Below, one piece after another: positions 23,868 through 34,214 of a DNA stretch of 64,000 bases (position 1 is the stretch's first letter; the number at the start of each line of letters is the position of its first letter). Location: positions 744,001 to 808,000 of the forward strand of contig AP039689.1 in assembly GCA_051599415.1 (NCBI GenBank), in the 5' to 3' direction. The notes beneath the pieces were generated by a model, which was not told the origin of the DNA, ran no database searches, and worked only from the letters and a program-made list of their open reading frames with translations. The position numbers were made by a program, and so were the translations under genes. The DNA comes from Savitreella phatthalungensis. Its lineage: Eukaryota.

Positions 23868-24638
23868 CTACTTGAGCAGGTCTGCGAACTGCTCGAGTGG
23901 TGTCTGTCCTACACTGGTCTCCTTCCACAGGTTTGGTGTAAGGAAGGCGTATGTGTTTGAGATTGCCTCGAAGCCAGCCTTGATGAAGTTACCCATGCAC
24001 TTTGTATTGCCGGAGGAGGAAGAGTAGCAGTCGTCAATACCTGCCATCTGCAACAGTCTCTTGATGGCCGGAGCAGCGACAATACCAGTACCACGTGGTG
24101 CAGGGACGAGTCTGACGCCGACGGATCCACACTTGCCAGAGACCTTGACTGGAGTCGTGTGAGGCTCACCGAGGTTGGATCCCCAGTATCCACGACGGAC
24201 AGGGACGACGGCGAGCTTTGCGAGGATGATGGCTCCACGGATCGCAGTCGCAACTTCCTTCGAGCACTTGACGCCGAGACCGACGTGGCCGTTGGAGTCT
24301 CCGACGACGACGAACGCCTTGAACCGGGTACGCTGACCTGCGCGGGTCTGCTTCTGGACAGGCATGATCTTCATCACCTCGTCCTTGAGGCCTGGGAGGA
24401 AGTAGTCGATGATCTGGAACTCCTTGATCGGGAGCGAGTACAGGTAAACCTCCTCGATCGTCCTGATCTTTCCACCCTTCACCAGCCGACCGAGCTTCGT
24501 CACGGGGACCCACTCCTTGTCACCGTCCTCCTTCCGGCCACCACGGCGGGCACCACCACGGCCACGTCCACGTCCACCACGTCCACGGTCACCCGCACCA
24601 CCACGGCCGAAGCCAGCTGTCTTTGGTGCTTCGCTCAT
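23868..24638 (-). CDS. RPS2: 40S ribosomal protein uS5/S2
   Basis: Likely ATG at 24638 (MSEAPKT), RGG-rich N-terminus, [30 protein letters not shown]. Confidence 0.98.
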   Translation of the reverse strand: MSEAPKTAGFGRGGAGDRGRGGRGRGRGGARRGGRKEDGDKEWVPVTKLGRLVKGGKIRTIEEVYLYSLPIKEFQIIDYFLPGLKDEVMKIMPVQKQTRAGQRTRFKAFVVVGDSNGHVGLGVKCSKEVATAIRGAIILAKLAVVPVRRGYWGSNLGEPHTTPVKVSGKCGSVGVRLVPAPRGTGIVAAPAIKRLLQMAGIDDCYSSSSGNTKCMGNFIKAGFEAISNTYAFLTPNLWKETSVGQTPLEQFADLLK

Positions 24639-25429
24639 TGTATGTGTCGATATGGAGAATTTGTATGACTGCCTAGTCTTCTTTTTCGTGCAGCGAGCGG
24701 TCGTGCAGTGCGCGTTTGCTGGACTCGCTCCTGCTTGGTCACTCACCCACAGGACAGGTGGGGATAGTAGTGCTCGTGCTAGGGTGAGCGTAGGTACAGT
24801 GCCGGCCTGTGTGCTTGCTTGCTTGCTTACTGGCCTGCTTCCTCCCTGGCTGACAGTCAGTGGAGGAGACAAGAGTCAATGTTCGCGCTAACCTCAGAAT
24901 ATCCGTGCATACTCAGAGTGATTGGAAAGAGTGCATAGAAAATATATTTTCCCACGGTCTCTCATCCATGAATTTCAAAATGATCACTAAATTTAGAGGA
25001 GTAGAAACACGGGATTTGGATTCGAGAGTGAATTGAATGCAGCGCCAATTCACACTGCACAGGGACACCCTCAAATGCACACAAAAGCGAAAGCTTACGA
25101 AGAAGCAACAGCACAGACGGAGACGTGAAATAGGTTCAGACAAAACAGATCTAGTATTGTAACTGTGATGCGTGTAGATGACTATTCGAAGAAAGCGATC
25201 GCTTGTTTTTGGGCGGGCTAGAGGTCCATTGTGTTTGGAATGATTGAAGAGGTGGATTGAGAAAAGCAGTGCAACGACAAAGCAGGAAAACTTTTGTGAT
25301 TTCCTTACCGGTCACAGTGTACAGCCGATGGAACATCTCCATTGTGATGGTCACCCATCGAAGATCCTCCATAAGCCGTAGACACTGGGGCTTGGGACGG
25401 CAAGGATGGCCAAAGAGGGAGAGAGTATC

Positions 25430-26497
25430 TCAAACGCCAAGGCGAGCGAGCAGTGTCTCCTTCTCGGCAAGAGCGACACGGAGCTGGGCATTTTCAGCCT
25501 CTAGCTCAGCGATGCGGATCTCAGCGGCAGACATAGCTGCACGCTTGCGAGCACGCGAACGTGCGGCCGCCTCTGTGTTCTTGGCGCGGTTGACCGTCTT
25601 GATCTCGTCTTCCGTCATATTTGCCTTCGGAGTGGCAACACTGCCATCCTCGTTCAGCATCACGGCGGACTTTCGCTTGCGGCCACGCTGCTGCTTTGGG
25701 AATGCAGCATTGGCAGCCTCTGTAGGAGAGGCGACCGACGAGGTCGATGACGCTGTGAACTCGCGAGACAAGCATGGCACCATAGGGCTTGACAGCACAC
25801 TGTAGGGCTCGGCCTTGACCTTTGAGTCGCCCGAGATCGGGCTGACGAGCGCCGCAGGAGCGATGACCTGCTCTGATTGACCAGGAACGATGTCCTTAAA
25901 GGCCTGCTCGAAGAGCGGGTCACTCACGAGGTCAAACGCGGACTCCGTGCCGGCCTGAATTTCTTCAAACCCGCCGACAGAGTCGAACAGTGGCCGATCA
26001 GAGAAGAGACTTGCATCAGCGGTGTCGTGGTGAGACTGCTGTTTTTGTTGAGTCTTGTCGTCTGGGAGACCAGTCGAGAAGACAAAGGTGTTCAGGCTGT
26101 CAAAGACATCTGCGGCGGGCGAGTGGCCAAAGTCGTCGGAAACGAACGTGTCGGGTGTGTTGAAGAACCCAAGGTCTGGTGTCACCTGTACAGAGCTCTG
26201 AGCGAGCGAGAACGGGGAAGAGGCAAAGGCCTCCAGAGCGGCGGCAGAGACGCGCCTGCTGCTTGGGATCACTCCGAAGTCAGCGGGGGATTTGAAGCCG
26301 TCGTTGGTCTTGATTGAATTATCCTTGAAGGTTGTTGTTGAGTTTGTGTTGATTGTACTGTCGAGACTAGAAATGCTCGGTGTTGGAAATTGAGTGGTGG
26401 TAGATTGGCTGAAGGTCTCAAAGAGATCCTGGCCGAGCGACATCGCTTCGGCGATACGCTCGGCCTCATTCTGGGCTTGTGCTTGTACACTCATCAT
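25430..26497 (-). CDS. GCN4: Cross-pathway control bZIP transcription factor Gcn4/Cpc-1/CpcA
   Basis: C-terminal basic region RAKNTEAAARSRARK plus zipper, acidic/Phe-rich central region, and uORFs in the leader. Confidence 0.85.
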   Translation of the reverse strand: MMSVQAQAQNEAERIAEAMSLGQDLFETFSQSTTTQFPTPSISSLDSTINTNSTTTFKDNSIKTNDGFKSPADFGVIPSSRRVSAAALEAFASSPFSLAQSSVQVTPDLGFFNTPDTFVSDDFGHSPAADVFDSLNTFVFSTGLPDDKTQQKQQSHHDTADASLFSDRPLFDSVGGFEEIQAGTESAFDLVSDPLFEQAFKDIVPGQSEQVIAPAALVSPISGDSKVKAEPYSVLSSPMVPCLSREFTASSTSSVASPTEAANAAFPKQQRGRKRKSAVMLNEDGSVATPKANMTEDEIKTVNRAKNTEAAARSRARKRAAMSAAEIRIAELEAENAQLRVALAEKETLLARLGV

Positions 26498-26519
26498 AGT
26501 CGGATGTAAACGACTCCAT
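26466..26519 (-). promoter_or_regulatory. uORF2 of GCN4 (MESFTSDYDECTSTSPE*), out of frame and overlapping the main ATG
   Basis: ATG at 26519 in atcATGG context; TGA at 26468-26466. Confidence 0.7.
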
Positions 26520-26571
26520 GATGGGCGGGATTGTAGGTGTGTGTAGCGGACTCTGGGTGGTCGCTGGGTAT

Positions 26572-26580
26572 TTAGAACAT
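26572..26580 (-). promoter_or_regulatory. uORF1 of GCN4 (ATG TTC TAA)
   Basis: Minimal uORF in aacATG context, downstream of a TATAAG at about 26789-26784. Confidence 0.7.
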
Positions 26581-27568
26581 GTTGAGCGTTCTGATTATAA
26601 ACGTGAGTACTGCGATAGCTCAGCTTGACGGTTTGGAGAAGACCGTGCTGAGAATAATGAGACTCCTGAAGGTCTCTTCGAAGACGATAGCAGACTTTTC
26701 AGATGAAAGTCTTGACTACGTCCTTTTGTGGTCTTTGTTGGTTGTGTCGTGGATGAAGATGTAGGAATGTGCGACACTATGAACTTATACACTAAATTAT
26801 TCGGACCCTCCTGTGCTCGTGTATCAATTGAGCTTTCAGCTTTCGAGGACTGAATTTCCGAGGATGAAAAGCGTAGCCGGCATCTTTTCCCCCCTTTTCT
26901 TACCTTGAGTAGATTGGCACTCCATCCGATGCAGGCTTGCGGACTGATGATCTCCATCCTGCCCGCAGCTGCTCATAATTGCCCATGTTGAGACCTTTGA
27001 GTTTGACCGCATGGAATATCGACCGCAGCTGTGACTGACTTCAGCGTCTCATTCGGGTAGAATGTGATTTAGGTCTGGATTGGTCAAGTTGCCGATTGAG
27101 CCCAGATGAGATTTAAAGTGTGGATTCAATCTTTACCAATGATCATCACTTTCTCCCGCGTATTCATGCAGCTTGATTTCTCAGCTAGACCACTAAAGCT
27201 AGGGGGAGGAATGAATGCATTCAAGACACTTGCAGTCGGGTAAGGAAGAGGGACCGGCAGAATAGAGTTTAGGGTGCTTGCTGGCATAACTAGATCCAAT
27301 CGATTTTACAGCGTGAATTCAACAATATTGGAGAGAAACTTTGAATCAGCTCGATACAGATACGAATTGTGCTGATCTCGCTAAGGATCCTTCCTTTGCT
27401 CGATCAGATTTGGGTTCGGGTCAATCAGATCTGGGTTTGGATACATGTTTGTAGACGGAAGAGAATTTATCTTTTCCTCCCAGACTAGGTTCAAATCTTG
27501 ATCCAATCTAGTCAAGGTAGAAGATACATGTGCTTGATATTGAATCTGGCGATTGAGACGACGAGATT

Positions 27569-27577
27569 ATGACTCAT
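27569..27577. promoter_or_regulatory. Perfect Gcn4 site ATGACTCAT upstream of GCN4
   Basis: Exact 9-mer about 1.07 kb upstream of the GCN4 ATG. Confidence 0.55.
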
Positions 27578-28676
27578 TTTCAAACACGCGATGGATTCTC
27601 TGGTTTACAATATCCATATGATACTATATGATACTCGAACAATGCATATGCAGACATGTGCGCGTGGGGAGATGATCAAGAGGAGATCACATATGGTATG
27701 TATGGCGTTGGATACGAGGAGGCAACAAGGAGAATCTAATGTATGAGATCGACTATTCCATTCATTCACTCCACATGACCCACGAGGATTTCACTTCCTG
27801 CACCCTCCACAGTTACAGCCGTCGGTTGCTCCTCAACATATTGGTTGCCTGATCAACCATTATGCTTACCTCCAAGCTCGCTGATCGTCTGTATCTCGTT
27901 TATAGGTTGCTGGAAATGGCTAGTGAAATTTGTAGATCTCCTCCTCTCCAGGCTGACAGACATGCATCCGGATATCTCTACATGTCCAAAAGGCCCTGTG
28001 CGACTGCCAAGAGCTCGAGACTCCTGACTTGTAATGGCGATAACTATACGTTTGAGATTTGACCAGATGAACTCTTGGCGAGTACTCGGTGCATCGAATG
28101 ATGACACTTGCTGATGAGCTTCATTGTTCACTTGAGTGGTCATCGAACCCGCAAGTTTAATTTCTGATCACCTGTCGAGTAATTTTGCCTTTTCTGCATT
28201 TTAGAATTCGCGTGGATTTGTGCATATGGCTTCGAGTTCAACCCCGCAGGTTGAGGATCCCGTGCCCGGTCCGCGGGAGATTGCAGACGCGTTTTCAAAT
28301 TTCTTCTCCAGAAACACTTCAATCCCAGTCCGCATGAATGCTGTGTTCACAATCTGCTGCCATTCGATTTCACCTGCATGCAGACTGCACTCACAACGGC
28401 CCAAATTCGATAGCACGACGATGGACCACCCGTACGCCACTAACATCTCAACCGAATTTGAGGTACGATATCTCACGACCTGCTTGTCCGATACTCTTGA
28501 ATCCTGACACTGGTGTAGACGTCTGTCTGAAATGCCATAGCTACCCAAGCAGATGACGTTTTCCTCGATAGAAGGAATACCATTATCACTGTCGGTCAAC
28601 GTAGTCACTCATCATTGAAAAATTTAGTCACACAGAAACATACATATACACATCATAATACATTGATATATGTGGT

Positions 28677-31600
28677 TTACGGCTCTGCATACGATTTCGG
28701 CACCTTTCGACGCCTGCTTGATCTATCCTCCAGGATCTCGGGCTCCTTTGAGGCTTGATCTGGTTCAACGAGGACGTACTCCCAGTAGTCTCTCCTCCGT
28801 CGCTTTCTCTCTGGGTTGGCGGAGGATGACGAGCTGGTGTGAGCGATCGAGTCGATCGGCATAGCTGTTGAGGACGACGAAGATACTTGGAAAGGTCGGT
28901 TTGCAGATCCACCTACACCTGTCTCCGCTGCATTTGTCGCAATGGATGGCAAGGCCGGGCCGGATCCCGGCCTCGGTGTCGATCCACGTGCAAGCGCGTC
29001 TCTCGACGATGGTGAGATCGTGATTGGACGTGGCGACCGGTGAGTCTGCTGGTGCGTCTGCTCTGCAGGCGGAGTCGACTTCCGCCCAATCGTGCGCGGC
29101 TCATAGTCATATTCGCCGGCTGCCTCAGACTCATCGTCCTCGTCGTCTTCGCCGTCAGCACGGTCATCCTCGATCTTGATCACCGTCGGAGACGAATCTC
29201 GGCGGTCTTGGGCACTGGACGCATTCCGACCTTCGTCAGACGAGGTCCGACCAACAGAGTGACGCAAGGTCGATTGGCGCCGCAAAGTCTTCGATCGACG
29301 GGGCTTGCGCAGTTCGGCCGGTGGAAGGCTAGAGCCTGTACTATGCCGCGTGCGCGAGGAAAGCACCTCTGGCTCGAAGTCCTTGAATGAGCGATCGGTG
29401 CTGACAGTCTCGAAATACCATGATCCGGCATTCTTACGACGCTGCTTCTGTTGTCCATCCAGGCTCTCGCCAGCCGATGTCGGTCTGTCACCGTCGGTCG
29501 GTTTCTTATCGTCCGCGGTGATGTTTGGCACGGGTAGCGCACCATTCGTCCCACTGCCCCGGACAACAGATGAAGACTTCCGGGGACGATGCGGCACGGA
29601 CGGCAAGGAGTGTCCGCGCCTCTTCCCTCGGCCTCGATGCGCTTCTTTATTCTTCCCGTGAAGAGTGCCGTTCGCGCTAGGCCGACCAGGTCCACGGCGA
29701 GCGGGTGGACTTCCTAGAACTGGTTCGTCATCCGGCCGATCGATGTAGGCAATGTACCTTCCGCCAACGCAAGGAAAGCCCTTCTTTTTGCATCGGCGAC
29801 AGCAATCGCCGCCCTTCACAGCTTTAGAGCAACGATGGCGCGCCTTGCGACATTCAAAACAGGCAGCATACATGCTAGCAGCCCAGGACCGAACGATGTA
29901 CTTGCGCCCATCTGCATAGGTGCCGCGGGGATGTAGCATGGCTGCATGCACCTTGCTCGGTAGTCCGGCCCAATCGATCTCGTCTGCAAATTCGGGTTCA
30001 CTCGATTCGTCTCGCAGGTATTGCGTTGTGCTATTTGTACCAGACTGGAACGTGTTGTGCCCTGAAGCTGAAGCACGCTCAGCCAATTGTGCGGCCGTCA
30101 ATTTTGGCACGCGACGCGGCCACCTGATGTCGTACAACTCCGCATGACGAATGCAGCGGTTGCACCGATCGTCTGCGTCACTGATGTCATCAAGATTCAG
30201 CAGCGTCCCACGTACACCAGCGAGGTCCGCGTTGCTCCTTGAAGGCTCGATTGCGCAGTCAGAGCACCACTGAATCGACGGATCGTCTGCTCGTCTTGGG
30301 TACTTCTCACGGCGGGTCATCTCGGCTGCCGCAGCACTGTTTAACTCAGCCTTCCGACGGCTGTGGAAATAATCTAGCCCAGCGCGAGGCCGTAGACCAC
30401 GGCGTGGCCGGTCCTGCGACTCTGTGTCGTTGTCGCCCGCATTCGTCGCCACTTCCGAAGATTCTTCTGCTTCCTCATCATGTGCGGAATCTCCGGCGAT
30501 CGAAGCTGAGTCCCGCTCGCTGCTTCGATTCGAGGCAGCATGATGAACATGCCCATTTGTTGGGGCTGCAGACCTGCTGGCACCATTCACCTGTGCAAAC
30601 GAGTCAGGCTTGTCAGCCACGCCACCTGCACCACTCAACCGCTTTTGACCCGACGGACCGGTGGCACCCATCGGTGCCGTACCCGCAGCCATAGATTCGC
30701 CCGAGGTAAGCATGTCCACGTCGACTGACTCGATATGCTTTTGTGGGTGCTGCTGTGATGATCCGTCTTGCTTTGACCTCTGGCGTTCTGCCGTACGGAT
30801 GTTGTTCGCTGGATCATATCCATTGGCACCACGACGCTCGCAGCAAGCGCACTTGCACTCGACGTTGTCCGGGCCGAAATAGTCGGGTGAGTAAAACACC
30901 GTGACTTCCTCGCCCTTTCGGATCGGCTTGATGACTGTGAGCGTGATGGTCACACCGGTCGTGACGAATGCAGCATTCGGCTCGCACTCGTGATTGACGA
31001 ACCGAGCTGGACCAAGAAACAAACACATAGCACCGAGTCTTGAGGAGTGCAGGATACTGAAATCCTGCTGATCGTTCTCGTAGTAGTCCTCTTCGTCCTG
31101 TGTCATTGCAACGAACGTGCCACACAGCTGGGAGAGAATCTCGCCCGGATTGAGATCGCGTACGGCGAGGATGCATGCTTCTGCTTTTGCCGTACCATAG
31201 CGTTCGGTCGCTGAAATTTCGAATGCTGCCTCAGGCCGATATATGTTGAGATACTTTCTCGCATGTCGCTCAAAATCGGTCTTCTGTGCTGCTGTGAGGT
31301 CGGAGCAGAAGCTGCGGACGTTATCTAATCGCATAAAGTCCACGAGCGCGTCCGCGAGTCGTGATTTCTGTGGGAAGACATGCCGCCGTAGCAAAGCATG
31401 AATTTCGCCGACCTGGGCGTCGGAATAGGTGAGTGCTGGCTCCTGTCTAGGGTTAGTCACTGACAGGGACGACCTTCCTGATCTCTCAGGTCAAGAACTC
31501 ACTCGACAAGCCTTGTGAGTTGTTATCCAGAAGTAAAGCTCATCAATTAAGTGCTTTGTCAGAACTGTCCGGTGAGAGGTGTGTCAGTTTTACGTCACTG

Positions 31601-31781
31601 GAATTTTTGTGAGAATGTAGACGATCGCGTCCGGAACCTGGTGCCTCGCTGCGTTGCCGACGATCGACTTCGAGCATTCGGAGCGAGAGGAATACCAGGC
31701 TCGATCAGACGCCATTGGCAGCTGTCACTTACAGTCATCGTACTCGCACAGTGCCGCGAGTGTGAGACTCTTGCTTGACAT
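28677..31781 (-). CDS. SET9: Histone H4K20 methyltransferase Set9 (exons 31781-31733, 31564-31503, 31442-28677) with an internal Zn2Cys6 motif
   Basis: The spliced N-terminus reads MSSKSLTLAALCEYDDFLTKHLIDELYFWITTHK. SET motifs: DFSILHSSR..LFLGPARFVNHEC, EVTVFY..DYFG, CKCACCE. Introns: GTAAGT..CTGAC..CAG and GTGAGT..CTAAC..CAG. Confidence 0.9.
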
Positions 31782-31990
31782 TCATGCAGAAGCCGTTCAA
31801 CAGCAGCACACTTTGATAAAGCAAGATGAAATAGAATTTCGCGCAGGCCTTGAGTCCTTGTCTCGGGCTTCGAACGACCTTCTAGGCTACTGTCGTAACA
31901 GGTGTGGGTATGTGCTTGAAGATTAAGTAGGTGAGTGACGCGCTTGTTGTGCGCATATAACGTTCTGTGAGTATATTGTTCACCTTACTT

Positions 31991-32036
31991 GTGTGTGTAT
32001 TGCATCCAAATAAGTGTGTGTATTGCATCCAAATAA
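31991..32036. repeat. 23-bp direct repeat GTGTGTGTATTGCATCCAAATAA, 2 copies
   Basis: Read directly in the divergent SET9/MDR promoter. Confidence 0.9.
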
Positions 32037-32307
32037 TTAAGTATGCATGCAATGTAGCTCTGCAAATTTCCGTATCCCACAAGCCATGAACCACAAGACA
32101 CGTGATCTACGCCAATGATTGCACATATCACGACGTCAAGCCTTCAGGTCAAAGACCTCCAAGCACTATAGAAACGACATTGACGCCGCGCTAGAGGGCG
32201 GTCCCAAGGTCCCTGCTGTTCGCAGTGCGATGCATCGCATTTATCAGCAATCAAGTAGACGCTGAGTTCTGGAATCGACCTGTTAATACTGAAGAACCTT
32301 TCAAACA

Positions 32308-34131
32308 ATGAGCTCAAGAGAGGTGCGCGACGCACTTCCGAAATCTATACCGTACTACGCATTCAGTGGAGGTCCCCGAGGGAAGGTACAATATGCCTCC
32401 GGGAGACCGTGTCCGGGCAAAGTGTTCCTCGACAGAGAGGATCTCCTGGTGCGTGTGACGAACGCCAACGTCTCCCGCAACACAGGATTTACCGGTCAGG
32501 TGATCTCTCTTGGTGATGACATTGACTCGATGCGTGTGAGCGACGTCGTTATCGGCGGTAAGACAGACTGTCTACAGCAATTTATTGTTGTAAAACGGAC
32601 CGACGTCATTCATCGTCCTGACCACGTGCGCATGGCCGATGGGTCGCTTGCATACTGGGGCGCCACCCTGATCCAGGCGACCCACACCCTCCAGCCGGAC
32701 ATGCTCGTTCTCGTTCTCGGAGACCCCTCTGGGATCGCCGTGCAGCTTGCAAAAGCTATGGACTGCAAGGTGCATTCCGATGATACGCGCGATACCTTAT
32801 GCGAGTTCCACCTGGACAGTGAAAACCCACTCGGGTGGTTAAACGAACACCAATTCGTTTACGACTGTATCATCGATGCCAGGGAGGCGACAGAGGTTTA
32901 CGATGCTTGCGCTCATTTTACTTCGGAGAATGCGGAGTACTTCAGCATAGAGCCGTCGTCTTCGATGTCTTCTGTCCGGCGGAAATTTCTGCCAGCTGCG
33001 TTTGGAGGTGGCGCACGAAAGATCGTCGTCGTCAGACATCCTAGCGGCAAGACGCGTGGTCAGCAGCTACACAACTTCCTCAAATTTGCTGAAGAGAAGA
33101 GCATCAAGTTACGCAGGCTCGAAGTTGTCCGGTTCGAGCGTGTACCAGATGTATACTATGTCGATCGCGTCGCCACAGTCATTCAGGTGGCGAAACCTGT
33201 GGCGATAGATGATGTGGTACCGGACGAGCCGGTGGCCGAGACGGACTTGGCTGAGGAACCAGAAACGCCAAAGCGCGATCGATCAGGAGTATCTGTCGCC
33301 ACGACCTCTGGGCCGTCCCCGAACCTCTTGCAGTTCACGCCCAAGTCAGAAACACTCAGGACGCAATCGCCGGCGAATCGAGGTATGTATTCGCCAGCAC
33401 GGCCTTCCACTCTAGCCCACAGCATCAGCGCTTCCAACCTGCACGATGGCGAACCCGAAGAGGCGCAATCTAGAGAAGACAACCGACGTGCGTCTCTACG
33501 CGGAGGCGGTATAAACTCGTCTCCACGCCTATCGCGGTCTTATTCTGCAGCGTCGCTGCAGCAGCTGACGTCTGCGGCTGGCGCGATCGAGGCTTCACCT
33601 CGGGTGCTCGCGTACCAGCCTGGTGATCGCCCTCTGCTGGGTTCCTCTCGCCGATCGTCTCGCTCGTTCACGGACGATCCGTTCCTCGTTGCCGCACAGG
33701 ACGACCACCTCTCCCGCCACCACACCAGGCGACGCACGTCCAGCGTCACCAGCCCCACCACGCGACCTTCCTCCCCATCCCCGTCCTCGTCTACCTTCCC
33801 ACACCACTCCCACGACGTCGACCCGATGACGAACCCGCTAGGAATTGTGGTGCCGCATGACGACACAGGTGAGACCGAGGAGCGTGGGCTGTTGGAGGAT
33901 GGTGGGTCTGATTCTGATGGTGAATTGGAGACTGGTGATGGCGGTCGACGGATGAGTGCTCGATTTGACCGCGCTTCGCAAATGGTTCCTCGCCATCCGC
34001 CGAAAGTGATCGACCCGCCGGAAGCTCCCAGTGCAACCACTACGACAATCACCACACCGCAGGACCTCGATCAGGCAAAGGCACAGATCGCAGAGCTCCA
34101 AGCACAACTAGCCGCTCTACAAAAGCCTTGA
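32308..34131 (+). CDS. Degenerate MDR/quinone-oxidoreductase-like (Yim1/RTN4IP1-like) domain with a disordered Ser/Arg-rich tail and terminal coiled coil
   Basis: GFTGQVISLG, VLVLGDPSGIAVQLAKAMDC, YDCIIDA, FLPAAFGGGARK. Confidence 0.65.
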   Translation: MSSREVRDALPKSIPYYAFSGGPRGKVQYASGRPCPGKVFLDREDLLVRVTNANVSRNTGFTGQVISLGDDIDSMRVSDVVIGGKTDCLQQFIVVKRTDVIHRPDHVRMADGSLAYWGATLIQATHTLQPDMLVLVLGDPSGIAVQLAKAMDCKVHSDDTRDTLCEFHLDSENPLGWLNEHQFVYDCIIDAREATEVYDACAHFTSENAEYFSIEPSSSMSSVRRKFLPAAFGGGARKIVVVRHPSGKTRGQQLHNFLKFAEEKSIKLRRLEVVRFERVPDVYYVDRVATVIQVAKPVAIDDVVPDEPVAETDLAEEPETPKRDRSGVSVATTSGPSPNLLQFTPKSETLRTQSPANRGMYSPARPSTLAHSISASNLHDGEPEEAQSREDNRRASLRGGGINSSPRLSRSYSAASLQQLTSAAGAIEASPRVLAYQPGDRPLLGSSRRSSRSFTDDPFLVAAQDDHLSRHHTRRRTSSVTSPTTRPSSPSPSSSTFPHHSHDVDPMTNPLGIVVPHDDTGETEERGLLEDGGSDSDGELETGDGGRRMSARFDRASQMVPRHPPKVIDPPEAPSATTTTITTPQDLDQAKAQIAELQAQLAALQKP

Positions 34132-34214
34132 GCATGAAACGCTCGGGGTCATGAAGCATGCAATTTGGTTTGGTATTTTAGGGTGGAAGAGATCTAGAGC
34201 TGTAGTTACGCATT

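Noticed and set aside
24639..24872. N-terminal extension of RPS2 in the ORF track
   Set aside because: It depends on a TTG start; the region is promoter/5' UTR. The TTG/GTG extensions of NDUFB8, SCOC, POP1, GTB1 and SLC1 were rejected for the same reason.
27488..27497. B-box-like GGTTCAAATC
   Set aside because: No cloverleaf or A-box, so it is not a tRNA; at most an isolated TFIIIC site.
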